NCBI GenBank assembly: GCA_050012075.1
Contig: JBEKHW010000001.1
Location: forward strand, 132,766 to 196,765
Length of the DNA: 64,000 nucleotides
Source: Candidatus Omnitrophota bacterium
GTDB lineage: Bacteria; Omnitrophota; Gorgyraeia; Gygaellales; Profunditerraquicolaceae
Direction: 5' to 3'
The notes below the pieces were generated by a model that did not search any database, was not told the DNA's origin, and was given only the letters and a program-made list of their open reading frames with translations. A program made the position numbers and the translations under genes. Shown in pieces: positions 51,001 through 63,000 of the stretch. Positions within the stretch are counted from its first letter, which is position 1, and each line of letters begins with the position of its first letter.

Positions 51001-54000
51001 CCAAACAGCTGACTGCCGTAGCGAATTTTGGATAATGGCAGGAATCTATATTGAATGTGCCCTGGTCCAATACAACCCAGCCTGATTTCTCAAGCTCGCT
51101 TTTTACTTTTTCTTTTAAGGCAAATGCGCCATGGTCGCCGCCGATAGCTATTTTTCCTGCTGCGCCCGGCTGCATGATTAATCCAGCTGCCGGCTTCTGC
51201 GCTACTTCTCTTTCAATTTCGCTTACTAAATTCAATCTCTGCGCGTGCCTGCCGCCCTCAAATTCTGCCAGGCGGAATTTGGCAATAAATTCTTTAGTAG
51301 CAGGATTACCTTTTACTATTACAAGGATGTTGGCGCTATTGTGCTGACGGGTTAATGCAACGGTCTCCGCGTTAAAACAGAAAGCAGCGCGTATACCAGC
51401 TTTTTTATTGGCGAACATAGTAATACCTATGGCTGTGCTTTCCGTATCGGCGATAATTATACCCCGCGCGATTTTTTCTTGCGCAATACCATCTGCCATT
51501 TTATTCACTACCTGCCTGAAATTATCCCGGTTGGCAGATACGCGGACAATTGGCGTAGAACGCTTACTATATTTGATGCTCCACGAGGCAGTCCTTGACT
51601 CGCCCGATTTAAGAATAACTGGGGTGGCTTCATCTATGAGACTGTTATAGAGATTAATCGCATTTGCCGCGGAGGTTGTCGGCTGGATACTGGCAACGCC
51701 CTCCGGGAAGTTAGGGTTACCTAAAGGCACGAAAAGCATTACATTCTTATATATGCTGCTTTGAGTAACATACAGATTCTCTCCGCTAAGCGGGTTAAAG
51801 AAACGGGAAATGATTTTCCTTTTCTTTGGATCAAACCCGGTAATCCCCTGCTCAAATGCACGGGTTAACGGAGTAAGCTCGCTCACATCTGTTGAACCCT
51901 TTTCTACAAACAGCGGCGGCTGGTAACGCGGGACTTGTAGCGCTTCTTTTGTATCGTGCACCTTCCAGTATTTTTTCCCGGGAACCTGCACTTCCCAGCT
52001 GCGGATATCATTCAGATAACCCCACCAATGGTCGCCAAAGCTGCAGATACGCCGTTTTGTATCTTTATTCACTACTTCGGTTATTGGCAGGAATTCATCT
52101 TCTTTGAGCCAGAGGGTGCGAGTAAGGTCAAAATTGCCGAAGTTACTGCTGATTTCCGCGGATTCGCTTGTGGAGTAGAAAAGCTTGATGTAACGCCAGC
52201 CAAACCAGCCTTTTCCTACGCTGATAAAATGCCATTTAACTTTATCCGTCATCCCGTGCAGGGCATTTGGCCCAGTTACAAGATCAGGATTATAACGCAT
52301 GGTTTTCAAACCTTGGCCGGCACTCACATTAATTTTTTGGCCATCAAATTCCGCTATCCCGTTATGTATACGGCTGGTCCAGGGGAACATAAAAGGTATG
52401 CCACCGGGAAGTGGTAACCCGGTTTTTTCATCTACCAAGCGCGTGACTTTACCTTTAGTAGCATCAAAACCCTTGTGCCAGACAATGCGCTTACCGTTCA
52501 ATACCAAATCCACAATAGTGCCGCCTAATTCAGCAACGGAAAAGTAAGAATTCTTACCGCATGATACCGTGCGGATTTTATAACCGTCATCAGAAATATG
52601 TTCCTTGTAATTCTCCTCAGGCGCGACCATTGAGGCCACTTTAACGCGTTCAAAGATAGAAGCGCCCGGCCTTCTGGAGGAAACCCCGAAGGCATTATAT
52701 GTATTTATGCACAATAACGCGGCCCCGCATCCTACGAGAGGAGTCAACCATCCCCACCATGGCAGGAGGTTAAGATACCAATAATTGAGCGGGACGACCC
52801 AACATCTTTTCCACACGCGCTCCCAGGTCTTAATAACCTGCCAAGATAAACTGTAATCCGCGTTTACCACCTCAACATTCTCAAGAGAATTTTCTCTGGC
52901 TGCTTTCCTGGCAAAATAGCCCGGTATAAATATTGAATACAGGGAAATAAGCCCCACGCCTGGTATGTAGATGATCAGCGCGCGAAGCAGATTGTAAAGA
53001 CTCCAAGTTCCTACCTGGGGGACGAAATGGCCGATACCGGCAATCAGGCCCTGCATGGCTACCCCAAGGAATAAACCCGTAACGAAAATGGTAGCTGCGC
53101 GTTTTAAAGATTGGGAGAAGCTATGCCTGGGCCCGTCGGCAATACGCATACCCACAAAATCTCCTGCGACAACCAGGGATGCAAACAACAGGATGTTGCG
53201 TAACAGCACCTGGTCCAATGCAAAAAGGTACAGCAGCGTTTCTCCTATGCCGAATAATGACAGGCCGATAGCGCCTGTGACTAGCGCAGTCAAACAAACT
53301 GCCGAAACTATCAAGCGCCGCGATGAAAGCGCTTTCGTTTCTGGGCCAACAAAATCTACGGCAGGAGAAGAAGCAACCGACCCGCCGAGCACTGCGACAA
53401 GCGACACATCCTTTATAAAATCTATTTCTTTTAATTCATTCTTGCCATAACGCCGGCCTGCTTTTTCTGTATAATAGAGATTTTCTCCTGCCTTATAAAT
53501 GCGTAGATCGGCATTCTTGCAGCGGATGATGATGTCTTCTGCTTTCTTGAGCCGGTATATCTGTAAATCAAGACTGTCGGGGAATTTATTACTTGCCCAG
53601 TCCAAGATCATAAGCGTATCCTGCAGCGGCCTGTATCTTATATGATCTATGACTCTGCCTGCGGCGCCATTTACCTCCAGCAAATTCCTTAAAGTAACTA
53701 TACAAATACCTGCTGCTGCGGCCAGATTCTCCGCGAAGGAATCTTCTTCCGGAGTAAGCCTTACGCTAATCTTAACCTTCTTCACTTTGGAAGGATCAAG
53801 AGAGAGTTCTGCCATAATCTGCTGAAGTAGGGCCCTGAGCGGATCAGGTATTACCTGTTTTTTATTTTCCTCTTCCGGAAAATAAAATCCTACGCGGGCA
53901 TTCTTTTTGTTGCGTAAATCCCAAAGAGTTAAAAGGGTTGTTTTTAAGCTGGGATGAAAGATCTCTTTACCTTGAATTACTGCCGGAGCAATCTGTAGAT

Positions 54001-57000
54001 AAATCTTCTGGGCTACATTTTTGCCTATGATTTTTACTGCGCGCGGGATTTTAAGGGTGAATACGCCGATCCCGGAAAAGGTCTCGATATCTCTGGGCCT
54101 TATATTATTAAACATTGCCCGGGCGGCTTTAAACTCCTGCTGCCGGATAAGCTCCTTATAGAGACAGTTGGCGCGGATTATTGTCTGCCTTGCCGGACTT
54201 ATCTTCAATAAACCAAGTAATAACCTTTGTAATTTTGTTTTTTCCTTGCCCCGCGCCTTTATTTCTTTGGCCAGATAAAAGATGGTCATAATAGAGCCTA
54301 TCCTGTCCTGGAAAAGCGCAAAAAGCCCGGTCTGTTTTATGATATAGCAGGCAAAGTCAATCTCCTTCTTACTCGCTGCGACTAACCGCTTCAATAAGGC
54401 CTGCTGCGCGCCCTCAGCTATCTCCTGGTTGAATTCTCCTCTTAGTTTTTCCTGGAATGACCGGGATATGACCTCTACAATGCCTAATGCGTGCTGATGC
54501 TTCGCCTGGTATTTCTTAAACACCTTACCTATATTAAGTATGTATTCACCTAACAAAGGCACAAGCTCGTCCAAAGGAGTAAGGGATGTCCTGACTATTT
54601 CTTCGGTATCCAGGTCCCTTAACGCAAGGCGTCCTTTTTCATTCCAGGTCTTAAGATATGTTCCGGAGACTTCATATCCTTGCCTTGCGTCTATGTTCTC
54701 AAATATAATTCTCGTGGTGTAGATATCCCGTACCGTCAATGACTGGTTTGACTTACGCGTGGCCAGATGGGTAAGGGTGAGCTGGAAACCACTCATTGCA
54801 TCAATGTCTTTGAATATTATCTCTTTGGTTTTTACCGCTCTTAAGGTAAGATGGCCGCCTGCTTTACGCGTAGCCAGATGCGTAAGCGTCCACGCATAAT
54901 CCCATGTAGCGTCTATGCCGCAAGCTGCTTCCCCGTCCTGAAATACAGGGTTTTCTGCAGGGTCAAATAGCCATACGCGCTTGGATACGCCTTTGACAAG
55001 CTGATAGCCGGCTTCATTTCTCTCAATCTGCCTGACTTTTTCTTTGATTATATTTTCAAACTTCGCGATTAACGCCTCATCTGTAATTACAATCGCGGCA
55101 GGAGAAGAGCCGGCTTGCTTCGTTTTCTCAACACTAGGACGCCTATTCTGATCTTTAAAGGAAGCGGTTAAAATTGCGCCTAATAATAATACATAAAGCG
55201 CCATCCCTGTGGGCACTGCCCAAGATAGATAAGAACCGGCAGGAGGGCTTTCGTTCAACTTATCTTCTACCGCGATTTTGTACGCCTTAACGTCAAATAT
55301 CTTCTTATTGAAATTAACGTACATCGGCTCAAGCTCCGAAACCTGCTCCCAGGTATTGCCTCCTAAAATCCTATTTATCTCTTTATTGTCTCCGGTTAAA
55401 TACAGATATTCTAAAACCTTAAACCCTCTTATACGGGCTGCATCAATATCCTTTAATCCTGACCTTTCACCGATTTTTTCTGCAAGATAAATGACGGCTT
55501 CCTGCTGGCATGGATAGCAGGAGATATCCACAGAACTTAAGACCGAAGATAAATCACCATTTACAATCAGCGCTCTTTCAATCAGGGTGGTCATCCCCTC
55601 ATCCAGTATCTCGTTTTGGAACCCTGCGGCATTAATATGCAGGGCCTCGTGTAGATGAGTCCTCTTAATCCGTTCTGCAGAATCTTTTATCAATAACGGA
55701 TAAATGAATTCTTTACGGCTGACCCCGGGATAACTTCTGCCAGTGAGATTCTCTTCCGGCTTATCAATAAATACCGGCTGCGGCTTCTTGTATCTCAAAC
55801 CGAAAGATTCAATATATTTCCTGGCTATTTCATCGCCTTCCCTGACTATGTTATCTTCTAAAACAGAGGCAGGCCTTGAATTATTCCGAGCATAAACTGC
55901 GATATCAACTTTTTGCAGATTATAGAGCAGAAGAAATGCCGCGCCTATCTCAATCGCCAAGAGGGCAACGAGCAGCAAGGCGTTGGAAATTGGGCTGTCT
56001 TTTTTACCAGTTTTTGTCCGCGCAGCATCTGAGGGCACCGTTGCTGGGCTGCTAACTATTCCTGCTTGGTTTAACAGGCCAGGCTCCGCCCTATGGACTG
56101 CAGGCGCCTGGATTTCAACAAAGGTTTCTCCGGAATATGTGTAATTCGCCAGGAATCCTGTGATAGGTGGAGAGTTTTCAAGTATTTCCAGCCATTCAAT
56201 GAGCTGCCCCTGTAAAGCTCCTGACTCCGGCCCTATATAGGTAGACATATTGGTATCTTCATATATTGAGCCCACGTGAGCGGTTATGACAATAATGAGC
56301 GAATTGGATTCTTTCTTGAAGGCGGTTTCAACCGGTATTGCCGGGGTTGAGGAAGTTTTTGTGCAGACATTACAGCCTAAATCCTGCTGTTGACTATTTA
56401 CAAACGGCCCAACAGTAGCGGGCGAAGAACCGCCCCGCTCTGCTATCAGCCGCACAGCTTCGATTGCCGCGGGTGTAGCAATCTGTGTCCCCGGTAACGT
56501 TACGGTTGCTGCGCCAAATAAGCTCGCCTGATGCAGCGCCTCTTCTTCGCTTCCGCCTTTAGCTAACTTAAGCACAAACCCTGCGTTTGCGGAATCACCG
56601 GCTCCAACAGGGCTTACCACTCTAACCTTGATAGCCGGTTCTTTTATAACCCTACCATCCCGCAATACCAGTATCATTCCTTCTATATCCTGCTTTACCA
56701 GGACACCGCGTAAATTATATTTCTTTATGAGCTCGCGGGAATATTCCTCTATCTCATCCGCGTTTAATTTCTCTCTGGATAAAACACCTCCACTGGCAAA
56801 CCCCATTTGTTCCAATATCGTGATAAATTCTTCTTTATTAGGAGCGATTATATCAGAGGGCTCTTTTCTTTCTACTTGCGCCAACACTGCTTCTGTTTCT
56901 GCTTTGGTAGTGGACCCCCTCTGGAAGTCCAGAAGCGCCTGGATATTATGCCTATGAGCGATCTCTACGATAGATTTATAAATACGCGGCGTTTCGTCCG

Positions 57001-60000
57001 ATGCAATCTGCCCTCCTACGGTTGTCACCAGCCACTTACAATTGGGAGCGCCGGACAGCATCCTGTCAACTTCGTTTAATAAATTATCTGCGACCTCCGA
57101 GGAAATCACGCCTCCTAAACTAGTCATTCCGGCAATAAGCTCACCGCCTATAATATGGTTAATAAGTATCTTGTGCGCGGTTTGTGTGGGCACAAAAGAA
57201 GCTATGATATGCTCATTCGCTAATTTCCGGCAGCGCATATCAGCAATCTCGTCTCTTCCCTTAAATCCCACAAAAGCAATATATTCATTCTGATTTGACA
57301 CTGCCTTGGCTGTATTTGCCGCTCCCCCGCCTGCATCAAACTGAACATCAACCAATTCTAATGTGCCGTCGCCCTTATCCTTCCAAACAAAGGCAATATC
57401 CGCTGCTCCGCATATATTGACTCCCATAACCATCGTTTTATTTAATAAACCTTCTCCGGAGAACTCCGGTTCTCTAGTGTCGGGTGATTGCTCTTTCCTT
57501 AACTTGATAAACCTAATTGGCGCATCCGTTAACCTTGCCATAATTCCATTTCTCTTGCTTACTTCCAGGCCCCTTACTGCCTTTGTTGCTATCTTTAAGG
57601 ACTCCGCGGTTATCGCTCCCTGCAAATATTCAGCCAGTTCTTTTTTAACAGTATCAACAATCTGCTGGAGAGCTTCCTGCCCGGGCACTGCTGCCGGGCT
57701 AGAAGCTTTCTTGCCGGCTTCTGCTAAAATATGGGCCGGGTTCATCGTAGCGATATCGGCCCCGGATGCAAGCAGCCGGTCAAGCAGGTTCTCGTTATCG
57801 GTAAATCCGATGATACGGATATCGTTACCCAGGATATCACGCACCTCTTGGGCTATGTAATGGCTGTCATCTACCAAAGCGCTCTGCTTGAGAGGAATAT
57901 TGTGTTTATTAAGCAAATCACCGATAGCGATGATCTTTTCCCTGCTAGAGGTGCCCCTTCTTTTCTCGTGAAATTCCCCAAAGAGAGGAATATTCTCCCA
58001 GATGGGCTGCGTCCTTTCCGGAATGTTGGATGTAGCCAGGAAGACTTTGATACCCCTCTGTTTTAAATCCAGGATCAATTCTTTAATGCCGGGGGTAAGC
58101 AGGCTCTCCGAATCAGTATCTAAAATCTTTTGCGTCCGCTGCCATCTTTCTTTTTCAAAAATATTCAGATATTCCGCGGGAGAAAGGAATTGCCTTGTGG
58201 ATTGGGATGCCTTGGCCTGCCTTATCAGATCACCTATCGCCCCTATTTCCGGTAGCCCCCGCGTATACTCATCATAATAAGCCCTGCCAGCCCTCAGATT
58301 TTGCTCTGTCCTCTCTAACTTCAGGATTTCAAGATATATCGTATCTACAAAGCAGTCCCGCGTCAGCCCTATATTAATGACAGTGCCGTCCATATCAAAA
58401 ACCACTGCCTTGAGATTACGGACCCATTCCGGAACAGCAAATGGAGCGGCCGGAGAAGAAGCACATTCTTCTTTGATTTGCTTCCATAATTCGTCTGCTT
58501 GCGCCTGGGTATGGCTGAAACCTAACTGCTCATTTAGGCATAACCTTGCAATGCTTATCTTACCCAGGCCTTTAATATCTATATACTTCGTTAAAATATC
58601 TCTATTAGTTTGGCCATCTTCAACTTTAAATGTTTCTCTCAGTATTTCTGTGATGAATTTTTCTTTCCCCTGTTCAGAGATAAGAGGCTTTCCCTTGAGA
58701 TTCTGAAATGCAGCTGCTCTTGTTTTAAAGGACAATTTTTCGGAAGAAATACCCTCGAACTGTTCTGCCCTATCACTCCCCTCCAAGGGTATCGTCATAC
58801 CGACATGTGCAGGTACAATCGTAGCAGGCAGGTTGCCATCGACTAACCTGTTGACTAATGCTTGTTTTGCTTCTTCTGGGGCGTGGACCAAGACAAGGTT
58901 CTTGGGATTTATCTTGCCGATAACGTACGCCAGGCCTCTTTGGTCGGCATGAGCCCTAAAGAGGAATTTCCTGACCTCGGCGTTTACCTGTATAATCGCT
59001 TCGCCTTCACCAGACGGAATAGCTATTTTCTTTCCCTTCTGAAGATTGAGGATCTGTGCCGCAGGGCTTTCTTCCGTGGCATAACCTACGAAAAAGATGG
59101 CATTAGCAGGATTACCGGCCATCTGCGTAAGATACAACAGGGAACAGCCTCCCACAAACATTCCTGAACCGGCAATTATAATATGCGGCTCTTTTAGTTC
59201 AAGAATCGACTTTCTTCTGTCGCGGCCTACCGCAATAATATTACTGCCATCCTCGAATAAATATTCTGAGCCACGTACACGGTATCTTTTGTAAAGCCCG
59301 GCCGTCCTTATCGCAAGGCCGTCAATATAGATATTGGCCTGAGGAATAATACCCTTTCGTTGATATTCCTGTAAAATAAGGGCTATCTCCGTTGACCTTC
59401 CTATCGCAAAAGCAGGGACCAGGATAGAGCCACCCCTGCGCAAAACCTCTGCTACCGAAGCGGCAAATTCTTCTTTTACGGATTGACGCGGCGGCAGATT
59501 TGCTTCTTTGCCATAAAGCGCCTCCATGATCAATAAGTCGATTTCTGCCGTAGATAGCCGCATAGAATCCACCGAATTCTGTTTTTTCACGGAAATATCC
59601 CCGGAATAAAAAATGTTACCGTAAGGAGTGGCTATGATTACCGAGGCTGCGCCAAGGATATGCCCGGCAGGAATAAAGAGCACCTTGATGTCTTCCGAAA
59701 GCCTGTACCATCTTCCAAAATCAACGTATCTAAAACGCTTTGAAATATCCGCAAACTCTTTTCTATTAAACTCATTAGTGAGTAAAATCCTGGCTAAGCC
59801 AAAAGTAGGAGCTGTAGCAAGTATCTTGGCATCCGGCAACTGCCTTGCTGCCTCTATCAGTGAGCCGGAATGGTCAAAATGGGCATGGGTAATGATTATA
59901 TGGCCTATCCGGCCTTCTACATTGCTTAGGTCAAGGGGCTCCAGGGTTTTGGGGTCTGCTCCGATATCTAAAAGCAACTTTTCGCCGGCAATATCTGCGA

Positions 60001-63000
60001 GAAATGCGCTCTTACCCGGCTCATCCACTCCGCCTAAAGGCGTTATCTTTATTTTATCTCTCTTCAAAGGAGATTCATCTTCAAGCAGCGCCCGGCACAA
60101 GCCATCATAAGATTCCTGCACGCTCCTATCATTCTCAAAGAAAGATTTTCCGGCCACAAACACATTGGCCCCTGCCTTGGCTGCCTTTCTTATGGTGAAA
60201 CGGTTAATGCCACCGTCTATTACAATATCTCCGTCAAAATGATACTCATTCCTTAATATCCCGATATTCCTTACCGCTATGCCTTGCTGGTCAAACTTCT
60301 GGCCGCCCCTGCCCGGATAAACGCTCATCTGCAATACTCTATCGATGTACTTACGGTTTTCCATGATGAACCTGCAAATAGCATGGATATCGGCTTCGGG
60401 GGATGGGTTTAGAGCAAGTGCGGCAATCCCGTCGTAGGCCTTAATCAACTTAAGGCAATCCAATAAGCGCCCTTTATCTTCAAACCCCTCCCGGTGCAGA
60501 GTAATCATCTTGGTTCTGAATAAGATATAGTCCCGCACCAGGCGCTCAAAGCTGCGGGAGATCGCCCGGCTATCTGCCATTACCATCAGGTGCGCATCAA
60601 ACATTGTGCCGGTATCAGCCTGCCGAATAATCCTCCATACCCCCCTCGGAGTCAATTCCTTTAAAGTATCTTGCGCATTTGCCTGGACTATGGCGCTGCC
60701 TACGCCATTATTGCTGTCTATTACATCTATGTGAATGATAACCGGAATGGGGCCTTTCTTTCCTATCTTTATTGCCTGAAGCGCTTTCTGGCGCCTATCT
60801 GCCTTTGGAACACTGAGCACCGACGGCTCAATGATAAATCTCTGGGCTGTCGGAGAACTTGCCTTGTAAAGAGCCGGAGCCGGTTGTCTTGGATATAATG
60901 AACCGGCCGCTACGGTGGACTTATTTAACTTTTCCAGCTGCGCCTGTGCAGCCGCGTAGTCCAATACATTGCCGCCTAAATTTAGTAGAAGATCGCGAAG
61001 GCGATTAGTATAAAAATGTATCCCAAGCGCGCCCAAAAGATTATTGACTTCTTCATGTATCAGGCCACCTGTAACAGCAATGAATTCATGTTTAATAATA
61101 TCTTCACTGCTCATCTTCTTTAATTTAGGAGAAAGCTTCATTGTCACAGAAGATAGATGTTTGCCCTGATGTTTTATGGAGGCTTCCATAAGCAATTCGT
61201 GAACCGCTATTAAAACAGGGTGGCCCTTTGCTTCTTCAGGAAGCGAGGCGGCGTTTCTCATTCTTTTTTGGATTTGATCTATTATCAAACCTTCATGTAC
61301 TATTATTGCTCTTCCCTGTGGATGGTTATACAAACCTTGCAGGCAAAGCGGCAATCTTTCAACGCCGCCTATCTCCTGAAGCATCTCTCCCGTTATCACG
61401 CAAGCACCGCAGTCAAATTTCTCACTTTTTGTTGTATATACCTGAACTCCTTTGGCGATCTCCGGTTTACTTATACCGTGCGTGATTCTCGCAATATCCT
61501 CTTCTAACTGCTTACGAAAATCCTCTACTATATCCAGGCCTTTTGTTAAAGATTCGACGGCATTACCATTAATTAAATCTTTTACCAAGTCCTTTACCTC
61601 TTCTCTATCTTTCCCATCTGCAGCGAAATCTAAGCCATCCTGCCCGGATTTACTTTCCAGATTATTACCGGCCGCTGCGGCAAACTTTGCCCCCACCAGC
61701 CACGGAGAGGATAGCAAAGTCTCTAAAATACGCCACAGCGGCCGGATTATTGAAAGCGCTTTCACTTTAAGCCGTAAAAATATGCTTACTGAATTATCAC
61801 AAGATAAAACGGGTGAAGCAGGTGAAGACCCGGCATAACCCGCAGCGCGGCCATTCATCGCAAACTCGGTAAGAACCGGGGCATCTTGCGCAAGATAGTC
61901 ATAAGAAGGCACGGGAGCTTTAGTCACAACATACTTTTCAATATTCAGGATAAAATCCCTCCATTCAGAACTGGCTTTTATAATCTCTCTTAAGAAGCCT
62001 TGCCAGGAGCTTCTTAAGCCATATTCCTTGGGGGTCACGTGTAGATGGCTCCAATACCGGCCTTGCTGGTCGTGTTCTCCGCCTACCATAGGACTCATCT
62101 GCCCCTTATGGAGGAGCCATTCCCGTAAATCAATCATCACCGGAACCCCAAAATAGGCTGCCAAGATTAACAGTTCAATAAATCCTTTGACCGGGCCTCC
62201 CAACGTTGCCAATGACCTCTCGTCATAGTTGGAAGGATAGATGAGCAGTTCCGGCATCCTGATAATGGCATATTTTAATGACTCAACTAAATATCTTCCG
62301 GCATCATTATTACCTTCAACCATTCTCCTGTAGTCGCCGTAAACATTAGGATAATAAACCTTTACTTCGACCCCGGCCTCTTTTGCCAGCCGCAGCAATT
62401 CTTTTCTGTCTGCCTCTTCATACGCCTCCATGATAAATTTAAATTTCTTGCCTTTTACGGAAGCAAATATCATGGACCAGGGCTCTGGCTGCTTTGCCAG
62501 ATAATCTGGGGAGAAATATGTGCCTAAGTTCCGTTTTAAAAGAAGGTGCGGCAGGTCAGCACGCGCTCCTATCGCACCTGAATTAATATGCTCCTGGATA
62601 GAAGTAATATAATATTCCATTACTTCCGTGTTAAAAGGATTGAGGAATACCTGGTCAACATTGGGGACCCCGGCGAATCCTACTAAATGTTTGACGTATA
62701 CCGGCCTGGGCTGCTGGCCATCCGCAACCCTTATCACGCAAGAGCCGCCGTTTTTACTGACTAAATCATCAACAAACCGCTGCTGCATGATTGCAGCAGC
62801 GCGCCTTCGGTACATCTCACCCTGTCTGGCATCTAATTCGGTATACATGGTCCAGCGATAATTTTTCTCCGTAATGGCGTCAGGGGATAACCACGGGATG
62901 AAATCAACAATAACGCCCATTCCTAATTCCGCGGCACGTCCGGTAAATGCCCGCAATGCCTGCCTAGGTTCATCTCCGTTACACAATTGAGGATCGATCT

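Noticed and set aside
61691-61710. E. coli Chi sequence GCTGGTGG on the minus strand inside the dispersed element
   Set aside because: Chi sequences are lineage-specific and nothing suggests an enterobacterial host. It is probably coincidental within the longer repeat.
1518-62861. About 130 short + strand ORFs in the supplied track
   Set aside because: They are antisense shadows of the giant minus-strand ORF. They are Ser/Phe/Leu-rich with no recognisable motifs, and their recurring AGEL/AGEE/AGLE is simply the reverse complement of SSPA codons.
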